Positions 18,850 through 29,428 of a stretch of 64,000 nucleotides of DNA are shown here, one piece after another; the stretch's first letter is position 1, and each line of letters opens with the position of its first letter. The DNA is from Alphaproteobacteria bacterium (lineage in GTDB: Bacteria; Pseudomonadota; Alphaproteobacteria; Paracaedibacterales; VGCI01): contig JAIESE010000036.1 in the NCBI GenBank assembly GCA_019746225.1, forward strand, positions 11,519 to 75,518, written 5' to 3'. The notes beneath the pieces are model-generated. The model searched no databases. It saw only the letters and a program-made list of their open reading frames with translations, and was not told the DNA's origin. Made by a program: the position numbers and the translations under genes.

Positions 18850-19497
18850 CTATTTTACTTCTACTAACTTTGGCATGTCAGCCTTCATTTGTGCTTCAAG
18901 TCCAGCTCTACGAGCTGCTTCCCCTCGAAAATAAGCTGCAAGTGCATTAGGGACTTCCTTGAATTCGTCTTGCATATGGAATTCTTTGACTTTTTCTTCA
19001 AGTTTCTTTCTATTTGCCGGTGTGAGTTCGCGCCATACTTTGTCACCAAATTCCTTGACGTCTGGCTCCAAATCATGCACCAGAGGCTTTTTTATGGCTT
19101 TTCCTCCACTTAACTCAATTTCTTTTCCAGCTTGATGTTGCTTTTCTAAGAAATGGATAACGCCAACCACTAAAGTATCTTGGAACTTATCATAGATGGC
19201 TTCAACCCATGCTGGCCTCCCAAGATCCCGCCACCCAAACTTTTCAATGAGTGCATTTGACGTTTGAAATATTTGGTTTTCAATTCCCGGGTTCTTTGTA
19301 GCCGTAAACTCTTGTAAAGCACTCAAACATCTTGTTGCATGCTCAACATTTAACAATGCTTTGTTGGCATTCGGACCACAGCTCTGATTATAGATTATTT
19401 TGAATCTTGCATCAGAAGCATTTCCTTCACCACACAAGGTCATAAAGGATGCCACAAATAACGTGCACAGCGATCCCATTTTTACTAATTTACTCAT
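18850..19497 (-). CDS. Hypothetical exported protein
   Basis: The 215-aa product has a signal-like N-terminus (MGSLCTLFVASFMTLCGEGNA). I recognise no domain. It lies immediately downstream of the OMP gene on the same strand. Confidence 0.5.
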   Translation of the reverse strand: MSKLVKMGSLCTLFVASFMTLCGEGNASDARFKIIYNQSCGPNANKALLNVEHATRCLSALQEFTATKNPGIENQIFQTSNALIEKFGWRDLGRPAWVEAIYDKFQDTLVVGVIHFLEKQHQAGKEIELSGGKAIKKPLVHDLEPDVKEFGDKVWRELTPANRKKLEEKVKEFHMQDEFKEVPNALAAYFRGEAARRAGLEAQMKADMPKLVEVK

Positions 19498-19526
19498 TTT
19501 CTAACTCCTTGTTAAATGTTTAACCT

Positions 19527-20228
19527 TTAAAAATGGTACCTAAAAGAAGCTAAGACTGTGCTAACACGTGGTTTGAAACGAAATACTGTCGTCACATTGT
19601 TTGCGTCTGGGTTAGCAAGAGTCCTTGAAACTTTACCGTATAAAGCAACTCTATACTCTAGAGTTCCTGTAATATTTTTTGTCAGATTAGTCTGAACACC
19701 AACGCCTGGCGCAAAAGCAGTCTTATTGGTTGAAAAACTAAGAGTATTTCTTGCAGTATCAGCTGGCAACCCAACCGGACCAAAGGCTGATGCAGTTGAC
19801 TTAAAGCGGCGATTTTCCATACCCAAGCGAATGAAGCCCATTACACGTTCACAATGGTAACCTACTCTTAAACCAAGACCCCATGCGCCATTGGAAGTCA
19901 CTTTTGCTAACGCATTGTTAGCATTTGCTGTTGGAAAAGATGCTGAGTCATTAATATTTCCAAACAAATAATCAGCCTCTAATCCAAGATGCCAAGAATT
20001 TACTTTAATCGCATAACCTAAGATGAGATCTAATGCAGCATTAAACTTGGTCATAGCAAACTTATAATTTATTGGTGTTACATTGTCAGATAATTCTACT
20101 TTTGTATATTCACCCACAACTGTACCAGCACCAAAACCAATATATGGACCATGGTTGCGTACATTTGCGACTGATGCTGTCGTTGCCAAAGCAACAATTG
20201 CTAGTGATTTTAGTACTTGCTTCTTCAT
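19527..20228 (-). CDS. Outer-membrane beta-barrel protein (Omp25/porin-family-like)
   Basis: The signal peptide is MKKQVLKSLAIVALATTASVA. Alternating amphipathic beta strands are present with G/Y-rich turns, and the protein ends in a C-terminal aromatic residue (..SFRYHF). Confidence 0.75.
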   Translation of the reverse strand: MKKQVLKSLAIVALATTASVANVRNHGPYIGFGAGTVVGEYTKVELSDNVTPINYKFAMTKFNAALDLILGYAIKVNSWHLGLEADYLFGNINDSASFPTANANNALAKVTSNGAWGLGLRVGYHCERVMGFIRLGMENRRFKSTASAFGPVGLPADTARNTLSFSTNKTAFAPGVGVQTNLTKNITGTLEYRVALYGKVSRTLANPDANNVTTVFRFKPRVSTVLASFRYHF

Positions 20229-20475
20229 TTGCTTACTCCTTAATTTGTTTCCAATTTATACTCTGAGAGAGCGCATAACTCTCTTCACACTCTAAAAGTC
20301 TAGCCAGGTTGTTTATATATTTAGAATGATTTAATAGATTGTTGGAAAAATTTTAAAAAGAGTTGTGATAGTTTTAACACAATTTTATTAATACTTTATT
20401 TACTAATGGCCTCATTTACAAGTGCAGCAAGACTTTGATAAAGAAGGGTTCAAATGAACAGGTGCCCCAACACCT

Positions 20476-23400
20476 TTACTTCTCCTCTTTGCACCTTCGC
20501 ATCGCCCGTAACATGAGCGCAGATGGTGTCACAAGAAGCGTGAGACTGGAAGCAAACAAAACACCATAAACGATACACACAGATAAGAGGTGCCACCATT
20601 GGGTCGAGGGCGCCCCAACCGTAATTTCGAAGTTGATAAAGTCAATATTAATCCCCAACATAATCGGCAACAAACCAAGAATTGTCGCCAATTTAGTTAA
20701 GATCACGGGGCGCACACGCTGTAGACAGGTATGGATGATGACTTCGCGATATTGAGCCAGGGTTGGCTTTTTAATCTGCGCAATCATGAGATCATAAGTA
20801 TCGATCAAAAGGATGTTGTTAGAGACAATAATCCCCGCGAGTGCAATGACGCCGATGCCGCCCATGACAATTCCAAATGCCAAATTGTGCACAAGCAACC
20901 CCACAAAGATACCGACACTTGACAGGACAACCGCACTCAAGACAAGGCCTGTACTGAAGAAACTATTAAATTGCGTGACTAATATTATGGCGATCATAAA
21001 AATCGCGACCATGAACGCTTGCATTAAAAAGATCATAGACTCTTGTCGGTCCTTTTCTTCCCCTTTAAATTTGACGTTAACCCCGGGATCGAGATTCAGC
21101 TTGGGAAGCGCAGCGCGTATTTCTGTAATTTGATCCGCAACAAGGGCACCGGGCACAACATCCGCATTTAATGTTAACACCTCATGCCCATCGACCCGAT
21201 CAATCTTACTAATCTTGGGCTCCGGCTTTCTGGTCACAAAGTTGCTGATAGGCATCAGGCCTTCTTTGGTTTGTATCTTTAAGGTATCCAACTGATCCAA
21301 CACCCTGAAGGGGGGCGTATATCTCACAACGATATCAACCTCATCTCGCGCATCTTCCGGTCGGAACGTGGCAACGGTCACCCCGTTGGTGACCAACTTG
21401 ATGGCATTGCCCACTTGTCGGACATTGGCATCAAATTTAGCTGCCTGGCCCCGGTCAATGGTCAACTGCCACTCAATACCTGGGATGGGGAGGTTATCGG
21501 ATATACTTGTAACACCGGCCATACCCTTCAGGTGCTTTTTCAAAATGAGAAGAGCAGGCTTTAAGAGAGAAGCCTCTGGCGCACACAATTCAATATTGAT
21601 CGGCTTTTGAGCAGGCGGTCCACTCTTTTCCTTTTGAACAGCAACGTGAATGCCGGGGATGTCTTTTGTATTTTTATCAATCTCATCTAATATGATATCC
21701 GCAGGGCGGCGCTTGCGCCAATCAATAAACTCAACCGTGATGGTGCCGATCACGTCTTCTGGAAGGTCCGCGCCACTTCCCGTGAAAGTGCCCGTACGTG
21801 TGTAAACGGACTTCAATTCTTTCATAGGCAAGATTTTGGCTTCAACAAGACGAACCAAGTCGTCCTTATCTGTTATGGATAAATTACCCCGCCCTTGAAT
21901 CTGAATGGCAGCAATTTCCGGTTCCACATTTGGAAAAAACTCCACACCTCGACCAAAATGGGAATAGGCCGTCTTAGCCAATATCAAAATGACAATCGCC
22001 CCCAAAATAATGCGCTTGGGATGATCTAAGGCGAACTTCAAAACTCTTAAGTACTGGGCCATCAGACCTTTAAGTTCTATGGGTTCATTGGAGACCTTCT
22101 TTAGAGGGATGTGCCCTGGCGGTGGCTTCAACAGCTGACCAATCGCTGGAATAAAGATCAAGGCCATCAAAATCGAGGCACTCAAAACCGCAATTAAGGT
22201 GATGGGCATAAACTTCATAAATTGCCCGGGCACCCCTGGCCAAAACAACAAGGGCATAAAGACGACAATAATCGTAATAATTGAAGTTATAACAGGCCAC
22301 GCCATCCGTTGTGCAGCATGAAGATACGCAGGACCCGGTGGCACGCCTTCCTCTATTTTGAGATCCGCATATTCAACCACAATAATGGCACCATCCACCA
22401 ACATGCCGACCGCAAAAATCAAGCTAAACAGAACCACAATGTTAACGGTTAAGCCCATCAGTGAAATAATCATGATGCCCATTAAGAAGGAGCCGGGAAC
22501 GGCCACACCGACCAAAAGAGAAGACCTCCATCCAAGACTCATCACGATAATTCCCATAACCAAAATAATGGCGAGGATGAGGTTGTTTTGGAGATCATTT
22601 AACATATCCCGGATATGGTGGGATTGATCGTTTTGATAAGCGACGATCACATGCTCCGGCCATTTCTTCTTTTGTGCATCAACGATTGCTTTCACATCCT
22701 CAATCGTCTGAATGAGGTTTTCCCCGGTTCGCTTCGAAATTTCCAGAGATACAGCGGCCTTTCCTTGATCTCGAACAATACTTTCAAGGTCTTTAAAAGT
22801 ACGTCGCACCTCGGCAATCTCTTTCAACTCAATCACAGCGTCTTGAAATGTTGCTACGGGAAGTCTTTGAATATCTTGAATACTTTCCAATACACCGGGC
22901 ACCTTGATGGCAAAGCGCCCCGTCTTCATTTCAATATTTCCCGCTGGAATTAACTGATTGTTCATGGAAAAATTCATGATAACTTCATCAAAAGCCAGCC
23001 CATACCCTTCCACCTTTGTGGGGTCAATGAGGATCTCGACAACGTCCTTCTGGTCTCCCATAATTTCCGCTTTTCGAACGCTGGACAGACTTCCTTCAAT
23101 TTCATCTCGCAGTTCTCGCGCCATGTGGTAGAGCGTGCGGTGCGGAATTTGACCGGAAAGCTTGACAACGAGGACAGGAAATAGACTGAGATTAATCTCT
23201 GTAATAATGGGTTCTTTTGTTTCTAAAGGGAGTTTTGGTTTAGCAAGATCTACCCGATCTCGCACATCAGAGCGCGCGCGATCTGAATTAAATCCTGCGG
23301 TAAATTCTAAAACAATGTTGCCCCCACCCTCAAAAGCTGTGGAGCGCATCTCTTTCACGCCTTCAATATTATGAAGTTCTTGCTCAAGCGGGCGAAGTAA

Positions 23401-23589
23401 GAGTCTTTGGGAATCTTGAGGAGAGATCCCCTCATGAATCAAGGAAACATAAATGATGGGTATTTTGACATCAGGGGTTGATTCCTTGGGAATTTTCCAA
23501 TAGGCAATCGACCCCCATATGATGAATAGGGCCAAAATAGATAAGACCGTGCGGGTGCGAGATAAAGCAGCTGCAATTAACCCATTCAT
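20476..23589 (-). CDS. RND efflux transporter permease (AcrB/AcrD/AcrF family)
   Basis: The 1037-aa product shows the 12-TM layout with two large periplasmic loops. The N-terminus is R..V.SILALFIIWGSIAYWKIPKES.PD. It overlaps the adaptor gene by 4 nt. Confidence 0.9.
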   Translation of the reverse strand: MNGLIAAALSRTRTVLSILALFIIWGSIAYWKIPKESTPDVKIPIIYVSLIHEGISPQDSQRLLLRPLEQELHNIEGVKEMRSTAFEGGGNIVLEFTAGFNSDRARSDVRDRVDLAKPKLPLETKEPIITEINLSLFPVLVVKLSGQIPHRTLYHMARELRDEIEGSLSSVRKAEIMGDQKDVVEILIDPTKVEGYGLAFDEVIMNFSMNNQLIPAGNIEMKTGRFAIKVPGVLESIQDIQRLPVATFQDAVIELKEIAEVRRTFKDLESIVRDQGKAAVSLEISKRTGENLIQTIEDVKAIVDAQKKKWPEHVIVAYQNDQSHHIRDMLNDLQNNLILAIILVMGIIVMSLGWRSSLLVGVAVPGSFLMGIMIISLMGLTVNIVVLFSLIFAVGMLVDGAIIVVEYADLKIEEGVPPGPAYLHAAQRMAWPVITSIITIIVVFMPLLFWPGVPGQFMKFMPITLIAVLSASILMALIFIPAIGQLLKPPPGHIPLKKVSNEPIELKGLMAQYLRVLKFALDHPKRIILGAIVILILAKTAYSHFGRGVEFFPNVEPEIAAIQIQGRGNLSITDKDDLVRLVEAKILPMKELKSVYTRTGTFTGSGADLPEDVIGTITVEFIDWRKRRPADIILDEIDKNTKDIPGIHVAVQKEKSGPPAQKPINIELCAPEASLLKPALLILKKHLKGMAGVTSISDNLPIPGIEWQLTIDRGQAAKFDANVRQVGNAIKLVTNGVTVATFRPEDARDEVDIVVRYTPPFRVLDQLDTLKIQTKEGLMPISNFVTRKPEPKISKIDRVDGHEVLTLNADVVPGALVADQITEIRAALPKLNLDPGVNVKFKGEEKDRQESMIFLMQAFMVAIFMIAIILVTQFNSFFSTGLVLSAVVLSSVGIFVGLLVHNLAFGIVMGGIGVIALAGIIVSNNILLIDTYDLMIAQIKKPTLAQYREVIIHTCLQRVRPVILTKLATILGLLPIMLGINIDFINFEITVGAPSTQWWHLLSVCIVYGVLFASSLTLLVTPSALMLRAMRRCKEEK

Positions 23590-24677
23590 GTGGATTTTAC
23601 CGGTGGTTCAGAAGGCTCAAGAGATGTATGCACTGATTGGCCCTCAACAACAAAATCGCCGCCTGTTGTAATCAGTGTAATGCTATCGGGCAAGCCTGCA
23701 ACGAGGAGACCTTCTGGTTTGGATTCAATAATTTCAATGGGATGAAATACAACTTTCCCGTCCGCAATAGCTTTCACACCGATCGTACCATTATCCCTTA
23801 AGCTTATGGTCGATGGTGAAATTAAATAGCCATTCGTACTTTTCGTCGGAAAATTAATGCGCGCAGTCAGGCCCGCCGGTATGTCCATGTCGGGATTATC
23901 TGTCTGTATTTCAACACGATAGGTACGCGTCTTCGGTTCAGCATCCTTCGCAATATATGTCACCCGCCCCAACAGCTTATGATTGTCAAGGGCGGGGAGG
24001 ATGATTTCAGCTTCTCCATTAAGGTGAATGCGAGAAATATCTTTTTCAGAGATGTTACAAATAACCTTCAAGGGATCCAGATCAATGATTGTTGCGACCT
24101 TATCCCCGACATTGACCACATCTCCCAGTTCGACAAATGTATCTTCCAAAATACTCTTGAAGGGGGCCTTTATATGAGTATCTTGAATTTCCTGTTCAAT
24201 GGCGACCAGTAAACTTTTTGCAGCCTCATAGTCGGCTTTACTTGCCGCGAGAGCATTTTGCGCCTTGAAGGCCCTTTCCTCCAATTTCGTGTCAGCTTTA
24301 AATTCAAGGGATCGTTGCTCCAGTTTTGCCTTTGCTTCTGCTAAGCGTGCGGGACGATCTTCTGCATCAATCAGAATAATGTCTTGTCCTGTATCAACCT
24401 TTTGCCCCTTCTTGACAAGGAGCGATAGTATACGCCCGCCCGTTTTGGCTTTTAGGGTGACAGTGCGATCTGCAAGGGTATGTCCATTCAACTGGATACT
24501 TGTCACCAAGGGTGTCGCCTTCATCTCCTTCACCTTGACTTTTGGGATGGGTGTAACAATCGGGGCTGGTTCGGCATGAAATAAGTTTGCGCGTCCTATG
24601 AATAACACCACAAAAACCCCAATAATAATCGACAAGGGATTGCGGGTTATATACTGACGAATTTGGATCAATTTCAC
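23586..24677 (-). CDS. RND efflux periplasmic adaptor (membrane fusion protein)
   Basis: The 363-aa product has an N-terminal anchor, a lipoyl/barrel-sandwich motif (G.V..LLVKKGQKV..GQ.I..ID), a coiled-coil hairpin and a beta-barrel. Confidence 0.85.
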   Translation of the reverse strand: MKLIQIRQYITRNPLSIIIGVFVVLFIGRANLFHAEPAPIVTPIPKVKVKEMKATPLVTSIQLNGHTLADRTVTLKAKTGGRILSLLVKKGQKVDTGQDIILIDAEDRPARLAEAKAKLEQRSLEFKADTKLEERAFKAQNALAASKADYEAAKSLLVAIEQEIQDTHIKAPFKSILEDTFVELGDVVNVGDKVATIIDLDPLKVICNISEKDISRIHLNGEAEIILPALDNHKLLGRVTYIAKDAEPKTRTYRVEIQTDNPDMDIPAGLTARINFPTKSTNGYLISPSTISLRDNGTIGVKAIADGKVVFHPIEIIESKPEGLLVAGLPDSITLITTGGDFVVEGQSVHTSLEPSEPPVKST

Positions 24678-24858
24678 GAGAGACTACCTTACTATTCTAC
24701 TAAGTACATTTGAGATTGGTTTACTGACAAGCTTCTCAACACGAGAAGCTCTCAAAGACTCACTCTTTTAGAATAGTTTATCTTAAAATGGAGCAGTAAG
24801 GATGGTCAAGGGAGAACAGCCAGTAATGAAAAGAATAAATCAGGGAACTGATGTTTGT

Positions 24859-24894
24859 CAAAAAAAGGAGAGAAAGTTTGCTGCTTTCTCTCCT
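24859..24894 (-). terminator. Rho-independent terminator after the 24917..26143 gene
   Basis: A perfect 11-bp stem joins aggagagaaag (24866..24876) and ctttctctcct (24884..24894) across a 7-nt loop. A T-run follows on the minus strand, seen as an A-run at 24860..24866 on the + strand. Confidence 0.8.
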
Positions 24895-24916
24895 CTTAAT
24901 TGTCCTCCCTATCGAG

Positions 24917-26143
24917 TTAGTTTTTCACAAGTTTCACCCGTTTGGCAGGAACTTGTAGATTGCTACGGACAATCATTTCTGGATATTCAACAATCTCGAA
25001 ACCCTTGATCCCATTTAGAAACACTCGACTCTCGCGCGATAATGGGGATTGCTCGTTATTCGCGAAAATAAATAATTCACCACCCGGTTTTAAAGAGTTT
25101 ACCATGCTCTGGAATAAGGACTCATTCCCCTTACTCATAAAACCCTCTAGGCCAATTTCATCCTTAATATAGCTAACAGAACCTGAGGTGATACCAGCCC
25201 AAAGCGCAACATCTAAGCCATCAGCATAGATATCAGGACATTGTGTTGCATCGATGTTAATTGTAACTTCACCACGTGCTTTGTGGTCTTCTCGGCAGCC
25301 CGCACAATTGCTATGCTCATATTCATCGAGATTGAGGTTAGCTAGGGTTGAAACAGTCAAAAAATGTCCACACCCAAGGATAAGACCACGGGCTTGACTG
25401 CTCTCAATTTTAGCGTTCAAAAGGGCTGCTGGATTGTAGCGATAGTCAATTGGATTTTCTATAGTTGTTGAAATGATCCCACTCTTTCTCAACGCGTCCC
25501 AAGTGATTTGACGGGCTTTAAGAGGGAGAGGTTCTTCTCTATCAAAGCGCCCTTTTTCGGCATAGTCACACCCTGGAGGCATTTTAATGGATGACCCAAG
25601 GACATAATAAATGAAGCTATTCCAAAGACCCAGAGGTTGGGTTCCGTAAGTCTGCGTCCATTGGCTATAGAGTTCAAAGTCATTTATCTTATTTTGCTGT
25701 CTTTTCTCAAATTCGGCTTGTTCTTCTGCCACTTTCCTTTGAACTTCTTGATCAATAAGGTCTTCAGCGGCTCCACTTTCTTTTAAAACAACCTTCAAGC
25801 CCTCAACCGTTTTGACATTAAAGAATGAAATGGTAACTCCATGTTGTTCAGCAAGCATCAGCTTAAAATTATGCAGAGCTGATTTCAAATTAGATACCAG
25901 TTCGCTCTCATCCATGCTTTTAACAGCCAACGGAGGCAGTTCAGGTAATACGGATTTTTCAAAACCAGAAACTATGTCTTGAACAAACGTCAATTCCGAA
26001 TTGCTTTGAAGCATATCTTTAAAAGTTCGAACACTTTCAGAAGACGCCTTTAAAATAAAAGGAGCCAGACTCTGTGCCTCTTCCATAGCTTGAATATTGG
26101 AGATAGAAGAAAACAAAAGTGTAGACAAGAGAATACGTTTCAT
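24917..26143 (-). CDS. Exported hypothetical protein with C-terminal class I SAM-methyltransferase-like motifs
   Basis: The likely start is the internal MKRILLSTLLFSSISNIQA (signal peptide); the track ORF extends to 26185. The C-terminal half carries GLILGCGH (motif I-like), TINID and LKPGGELFIFANN (motif III-like). The assignment is tentative. Confidence 0.45.
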   Translation of the reverse strand: MKRILLSTLLFSSISNIQAMEEAQSLAPFILKASSESVRTFKDMLQSNSELTFVQDIVSGFEKSVLPELPPLAVKSMDESELVSNLKSALHNFKLMLAEQHGVTISFFNVKTVEGLKVVLKESGAAEDLIDQEVQRKVAEEQAEFEKRQQNKINDFELYSQWTQTYGTQPLGLWNSFIYYVLGSSIKMPPGCDYAEKGRFDREEPLPLKARQITWDALRKSGIISTTIENPIDYRYNPAALLNAKIESSQARGLILGCGHFLTVSTLANLNLDEYEHSNCAGCREDHKARGEVTINIDATQCPDIYADGLDVALWAGITSGSVSYIKDEIGLEGFMSKGNESLFQSMVNSLKPGGELFIFANNEQSPLSRESRVFLNGIKGFEIVEYPEMIVRSNLQVPAKRVKLVKN

Positions 26144-26359
26144 CGGGGTTTCCTTTAAATAATAATTTAAATAGTTTCTATTCACAAATAGGTACTAGGT
26201 TAATTGAAATATATATAGGAAATTTATTTTTATTTTTCAATCTGTTTCTTGATTTTAAACTTAAAAAACTCTTAAATAGTAGTGTTGTCATTCTTGTTTA
26301 TACAATTGGTGTTCAAAATCTCTTAGTCTTTAAGACAAAACAACAATCTGAAAACATCC

Positions 26360-27670
26360 TTACAAAATAAACTTTGAAAGATCCGCGTTGTGGGCCAAAT
26401 CAGAGACCTTATCCCGCACGTCTTTGTCCGTGATGGTAATGGTCTCTCCCGCCATTTCGGAGGCTTTGAAGCTGATGTCTTCCATCAATTTTTCAAGAAT
26501 CGTGTGTAGGCGGCGCGCGCCAATGTTTTCCACCGACTGATTCACCTCAGCCGCTAAGGTTGCAATCTCTTGAATCGCATCATCTGTGAAATTGAGCGTA
26601 ACGGATTCGGTTTCCATCATAGCTTTAGATTGACGAATAAGGTTGGCTTCAGGTTCCGTTAAAATACGAACGAAGTCATCTTTCGTCAGGGCCTTGAGTT
26701 CAACTCGAATAGGAAGACGACCTTGCAATTCAGGCAGCAAATCGGACGGTTTGGCCAAATGAAAGGCCCCAGACGTAATAAACAATATATGGTCTGTTTT
26801 GATGGTTCCATGCTTTGTAGAAACACTTGTGCCTTCAATAAGAGGCAGGAGATCTCGCTGTACCCCTTCCCGACTCACATCGGCCCCATGGTGATCGGAA
26901 CGTGCACAAATCTTATCGATTTCATCAATAAAAACGATCCCATTTTGTTCAACCATTTCTGTGGCTTCCCGGACCACCTTATCCATATCCAAAAGCTTGT
27001 CACTTTCTTCTTGGATCAAAACCGTATAGGCTTCTGCAACGGTCATTTTCCGGGCCTTTGTCCGTTGCCCAAAGGCTTTGCCAAACATATCGCCCAAATT
27101 CATCATGCCCATTTGCGCACCAGGCATGCCAGGCACATCGAAGGTTGGCATGCTCATACCGCTGGTGTCCGCAACCTGGAGTTCAATTTCCTTCTCATCC
27201 AACTCCCCATCATGAAGGAGATGCCGGAACTTTTGACGTGTCTCCGGACTCGCACTCGCCCCCACAAGCGCATCCAAAACACGCTCTTCCGCGTGCGTTT
27301 CAGCCTTAACTTTCACTTCTTCACGCAACCGTTCGCGCGTCATTTGAATCGCGATTTCGATCAGATCTCGAATGATTTGCTCCACATCCCGCCCCACATA
27401 GCCAATTTCCGTGAACTTTGTAGCCTCTACTTTGATGAATGGCGCTTGAGCAAGCTTCGCCAGACGGCGGGCAATTTCAGTTTTTCCAACGCCCGTCGGT
27501 CCAATCATGAGAATGTTCTTGGGCAAAACTTCTTCTCTTAATTCTAATGGCAATTGCTGGCGGCGCCACCGATTGCGCAAAGCAATGGCTACGGCTCGTT
27601 TCGCATCATCTTGGCCGACGATAAAGCGGTCGAGCTCACTGGCAATTTCACGGGGGGTCAGGGAAGTCAT
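26360..27670 (-). CDS. hslU: ATP-dependent protease ATPase subunit HslU
   Basis: [37 protein letters not shown]...[15 protein letters not shown] is canonical HslU. Confidence 0.95.
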   Translation of the reverse strand: MTSLTPREIASELDRFIVGQDDAKRAVAIALRNRWRRQQLPLELREEVLPKNILMIGPTGVGKTEIARRLAKLAQAPFIKVEATKFTEIGYVGRDVEQIIRDLIEIAIQMTRERLREEVKVKAETHAEERVLDALVGASASPETRQKFRHLLHDGELDEKEIELQVADTSGMSMPTFDVPGMPGAQMGMMNLGDMFGKAFGQRTKARKMTVAEAYTVLIQEESDKLLDMDKVVREATEMVEQNGIVFIDEIDKICARSDHHGADVSREGVQRDLLPLIEGTSVSTKHGTIKTDHILFITSGAFHLAKPSDLLPELQGRLPIRVELKALTKDDFVRILTEPEANLIRQSKAMMETESVTLNFTDDAIQEIATLAAEVNQSVENIGARRLHTILEKLMEDISFKASEMAGETITITDKDVRDKVSDLAHNADLSKFIL

Positions 27671-27674
27671 GGAT

Positions 27675-28226
27675 TTACAAACTCTCTATGGTGATATTTT
27701 TATTGGTGTAGATGCAAATGTCGGCAGCAATTTCAATGGATCGCCGAGCAATGGTTTCTGCGTCCATATCGTCGACGGTCATGAGGGCTCTTGCTGCAGC
27801 CAGCGCAAAAGATCCGCCGGATCCAATGCCAATGAGCCCATCTTCCGGCTCTAACACATCTCCGTTCCCCGTTAAAACCAAAGAAACAGAAGAATCTGCA
27901 ACCGCCATCATGGCCTCCAGGCGACGCAGATAACGGTCCGTTCGCCAGTCCTTCGCCATTTCCACACAAGCGCGTGCCAATTGGCTGGGATATTTTTCAA
28001 GCTTGGCTTCGAGGCGTTCAAAAAGGGCAAACGCATCAGCAGTGGCCCCTGCAAATCCAGCAATCACTTTACCATCCCCAATGCGGCGTACTTTTCGCGC
28101 TTGAGATTTAATGACAGTGGCCCCCAAGGTAACTTGACCATCACCGGCAATAACGACCTTGTTGTTTTTGCGAACACATACAATTGTTGTCCCATGCCAC
28201 GAGGGTAGATTCGAAGACGTACTCAT
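27675..28226 (-). CDS. hslV: ATP-dependent protease subunit HslV
   Basis: [25 protein letters not shown] contains the catalytic Thr context. I chose the ATG at 28226 because AGGAG lies 6 nt upstream on the minus strand; the track ORF starts at 28253. Confidence 0.93.
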   Translation of the reverse strand: MSTSSNLPSWHGTTIVCVRKNNKVVIAGDGQVTLGATVIKSQARKVRRIGDGKVIAGFAGATADAFALFERLEAKLEKYPSQLARACVEMAKDWRTDRYLRRLEAMMAVADSSVSLVLTGNGDVLEPEDGLIGIGSGGSFALAAARALMTVDDMDAETIARRSIEIAADICIYTNKNITIESL

Positions 28227-28330
28227 GAAAAGCTCCTGATGAAATGTAGACATATCCTAGTTTTACATGAAAGATTAGCAAAATGGCAAGAATTTGCTAT
28301 GCTAAGTTATATTCATGAAGGAGGAACCCA

Positions 28331-28684
28331 TTGATTTACGACTATAACAATATTTTTGCAAAAATCTTAAAGGGCGAAATCCCATGCGACCGGGTCTACG
28401 AAGATGATCAAGTCTTAGCTTTTAAGGATATCAACCCCAAAGCCCCCATCCATGTTTTGGTGATTCCCAAAGCACCTTATGCTTCGTTAATTGATTTTAC
28501 TGTCCGCGCCACCCCGGATGAAATCGGAAACTTTTTTCAAATCGTAGAAAAAATAGCCGAGGAGTTGCAGTTAACCGATCAAGGCTTTCGCCTGGTGATG
28601 AATAATGGCGCCGATAGTGGCGCCGAAGTAGATCACTTCCATGTGCACATCATTGGTGGCAAGCGCTTAGGGGGGATGGCGTAA
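28331..28684 (+). CDS. HIT (histidine triad) family protein
   Basis: IFAKILKGEIPCDRVYEDD..LAF.DINP.AP.H.LVIPK and the triad DHFHVHIIGG are present. The start is TTG, 6 nt after AGGAGG. Confidence 0.9.
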   Translation: MIYDYNNIFAKILKGEIPCDRVYEDDQVLAFKDINPKAPIHVLVIPKAPYASLIDFTVRATPDEIGNFFQIVEKIAEELQLTDQGFRLVMNNGADSGAEVDHFHVHIIGGKRLGGMA

Positions 28685-28716
28685 GGGATTCCTAACTCAA
28701 AGAAGGGTCAAAATAT

Positions 28717-28878
28717 ATGGAAACTGAAATCGTTAAATACGGAATCTCATTTGGAACAGCTTTAGCCATTGCTGTCTCATTCAATCAAAACCACTCGATA
28801 ATATGGGCCATTATTCATGGGTTTTTGAGCTGGTTTTATGTGATTTACTATCTGTTGTTTAAGAAAAAGCGGAAGTAA
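28717..28878 (+). CDS. Possible small membrane protein (53 aa)
   Basis: My own translation is METEIVKYGISFGTALAIAVSFNQNHSIIWAIIHGFLSWFYVIYYLLFKKKRK. It has two hydrophobic helices and a basic tail. It is too short for the ORF track. Confidence 0.35.
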   Translation: METEIVKYGISFGTALAIAVSFNQNHSIIWAIIHGFLSWFYVIYYLLFKKKRK

Positions 28879-28881
28879 TTC

Positions 28882-29424
28882 TTAATAGGCTCCGAACTTA
28901 TAGACATTAAGCCTCTCGTAATGAACGGGACCTTGATTCAACATGCTTTCAAATAAAATAAGGTGATCGACTGTCATATTAACCTCCTCGAAGAGATGCG
29001 TTTTCAGGACATCCGTTACATTCTTCGGTGGATGAAACCGACGAACCGTTACATGGGGCACGTGGGGACGCGCCTCAAGGATGAACCCCAGAGAAGTTAA
29101 AGCGTTGCCGGTTGTTTGAACAAGGGCATTCATTTGAGGGGATTCCTTCGTCCCAAGGATAAGCGTACGAGCTCTTTTGGAGCTCGGAAAGGCACCGACG
29201 TGATCAAAGATTAAGGGAAAGGAAACCCCCAAATCAAGGGATTGAAGCGCTTCATCCACAAGAGGACATCTTGCCTCCTCAACATTTCCTAAAAAATGTA
29301 ATGTTATATGCCAATTTTGAAAAGGGATCACCTTCCCTAAGAAATGCCCTATCTGCAGCGATATTTTGGTCGAAACATCTTCTGGAAGAGGGATTCCCAA
29401 AAAAAGGCGACGATGTTCCCCCAT
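28882..29424 (-). CDS. thpR: RNA 2',3'-cyclic phosphodiesterase (2H phosphoesterase, LigT/ThpR)
   Basis: Two H-x-T motifs (WHITLHFLG and PHVTVRRF) sit at the correct spacing in a 180-aa protein. Confidence 0.8.
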   Translation of the reverse strand: MGEHRRLFLGIPLPEDVSTKISLQIGHFLGKVIPFQNWHITLHFLGNVEEARCPLVDEALQSLDLGVSFPLIFDHVGAFPSSKRARTLILGTKESPQMNALVQTTGNALTSLGFILEARPHVPHVTVRRFHPPKNVTDVLKTHLFEEVNMTVDHLILFESMLNQGPVHYERLNVYKFGAY

Positions 29425-29428
29425 TATT

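Noticed and set aside
18850-19497. A possible lipoprotein (Cys in ...FMTLCGEGNA)
   Set aside because: The residues before the Cys (M-T-L-C) do not fit the lipobox [LVI][ASTVI][GAS]C. I treat it as an ordinary signal peptide or hypothetical exported protein.
26723-27541. A 272-aa + strand ORF, the longest unexplained ORF in the track
   Set aside because: It lies entirely antisense to the canonical hslU gene. Its product is low-complexity (H/R/F/C-rich) with no recognisable motif. It is a typical shadow ORF created by codon bias on the opposite strand.
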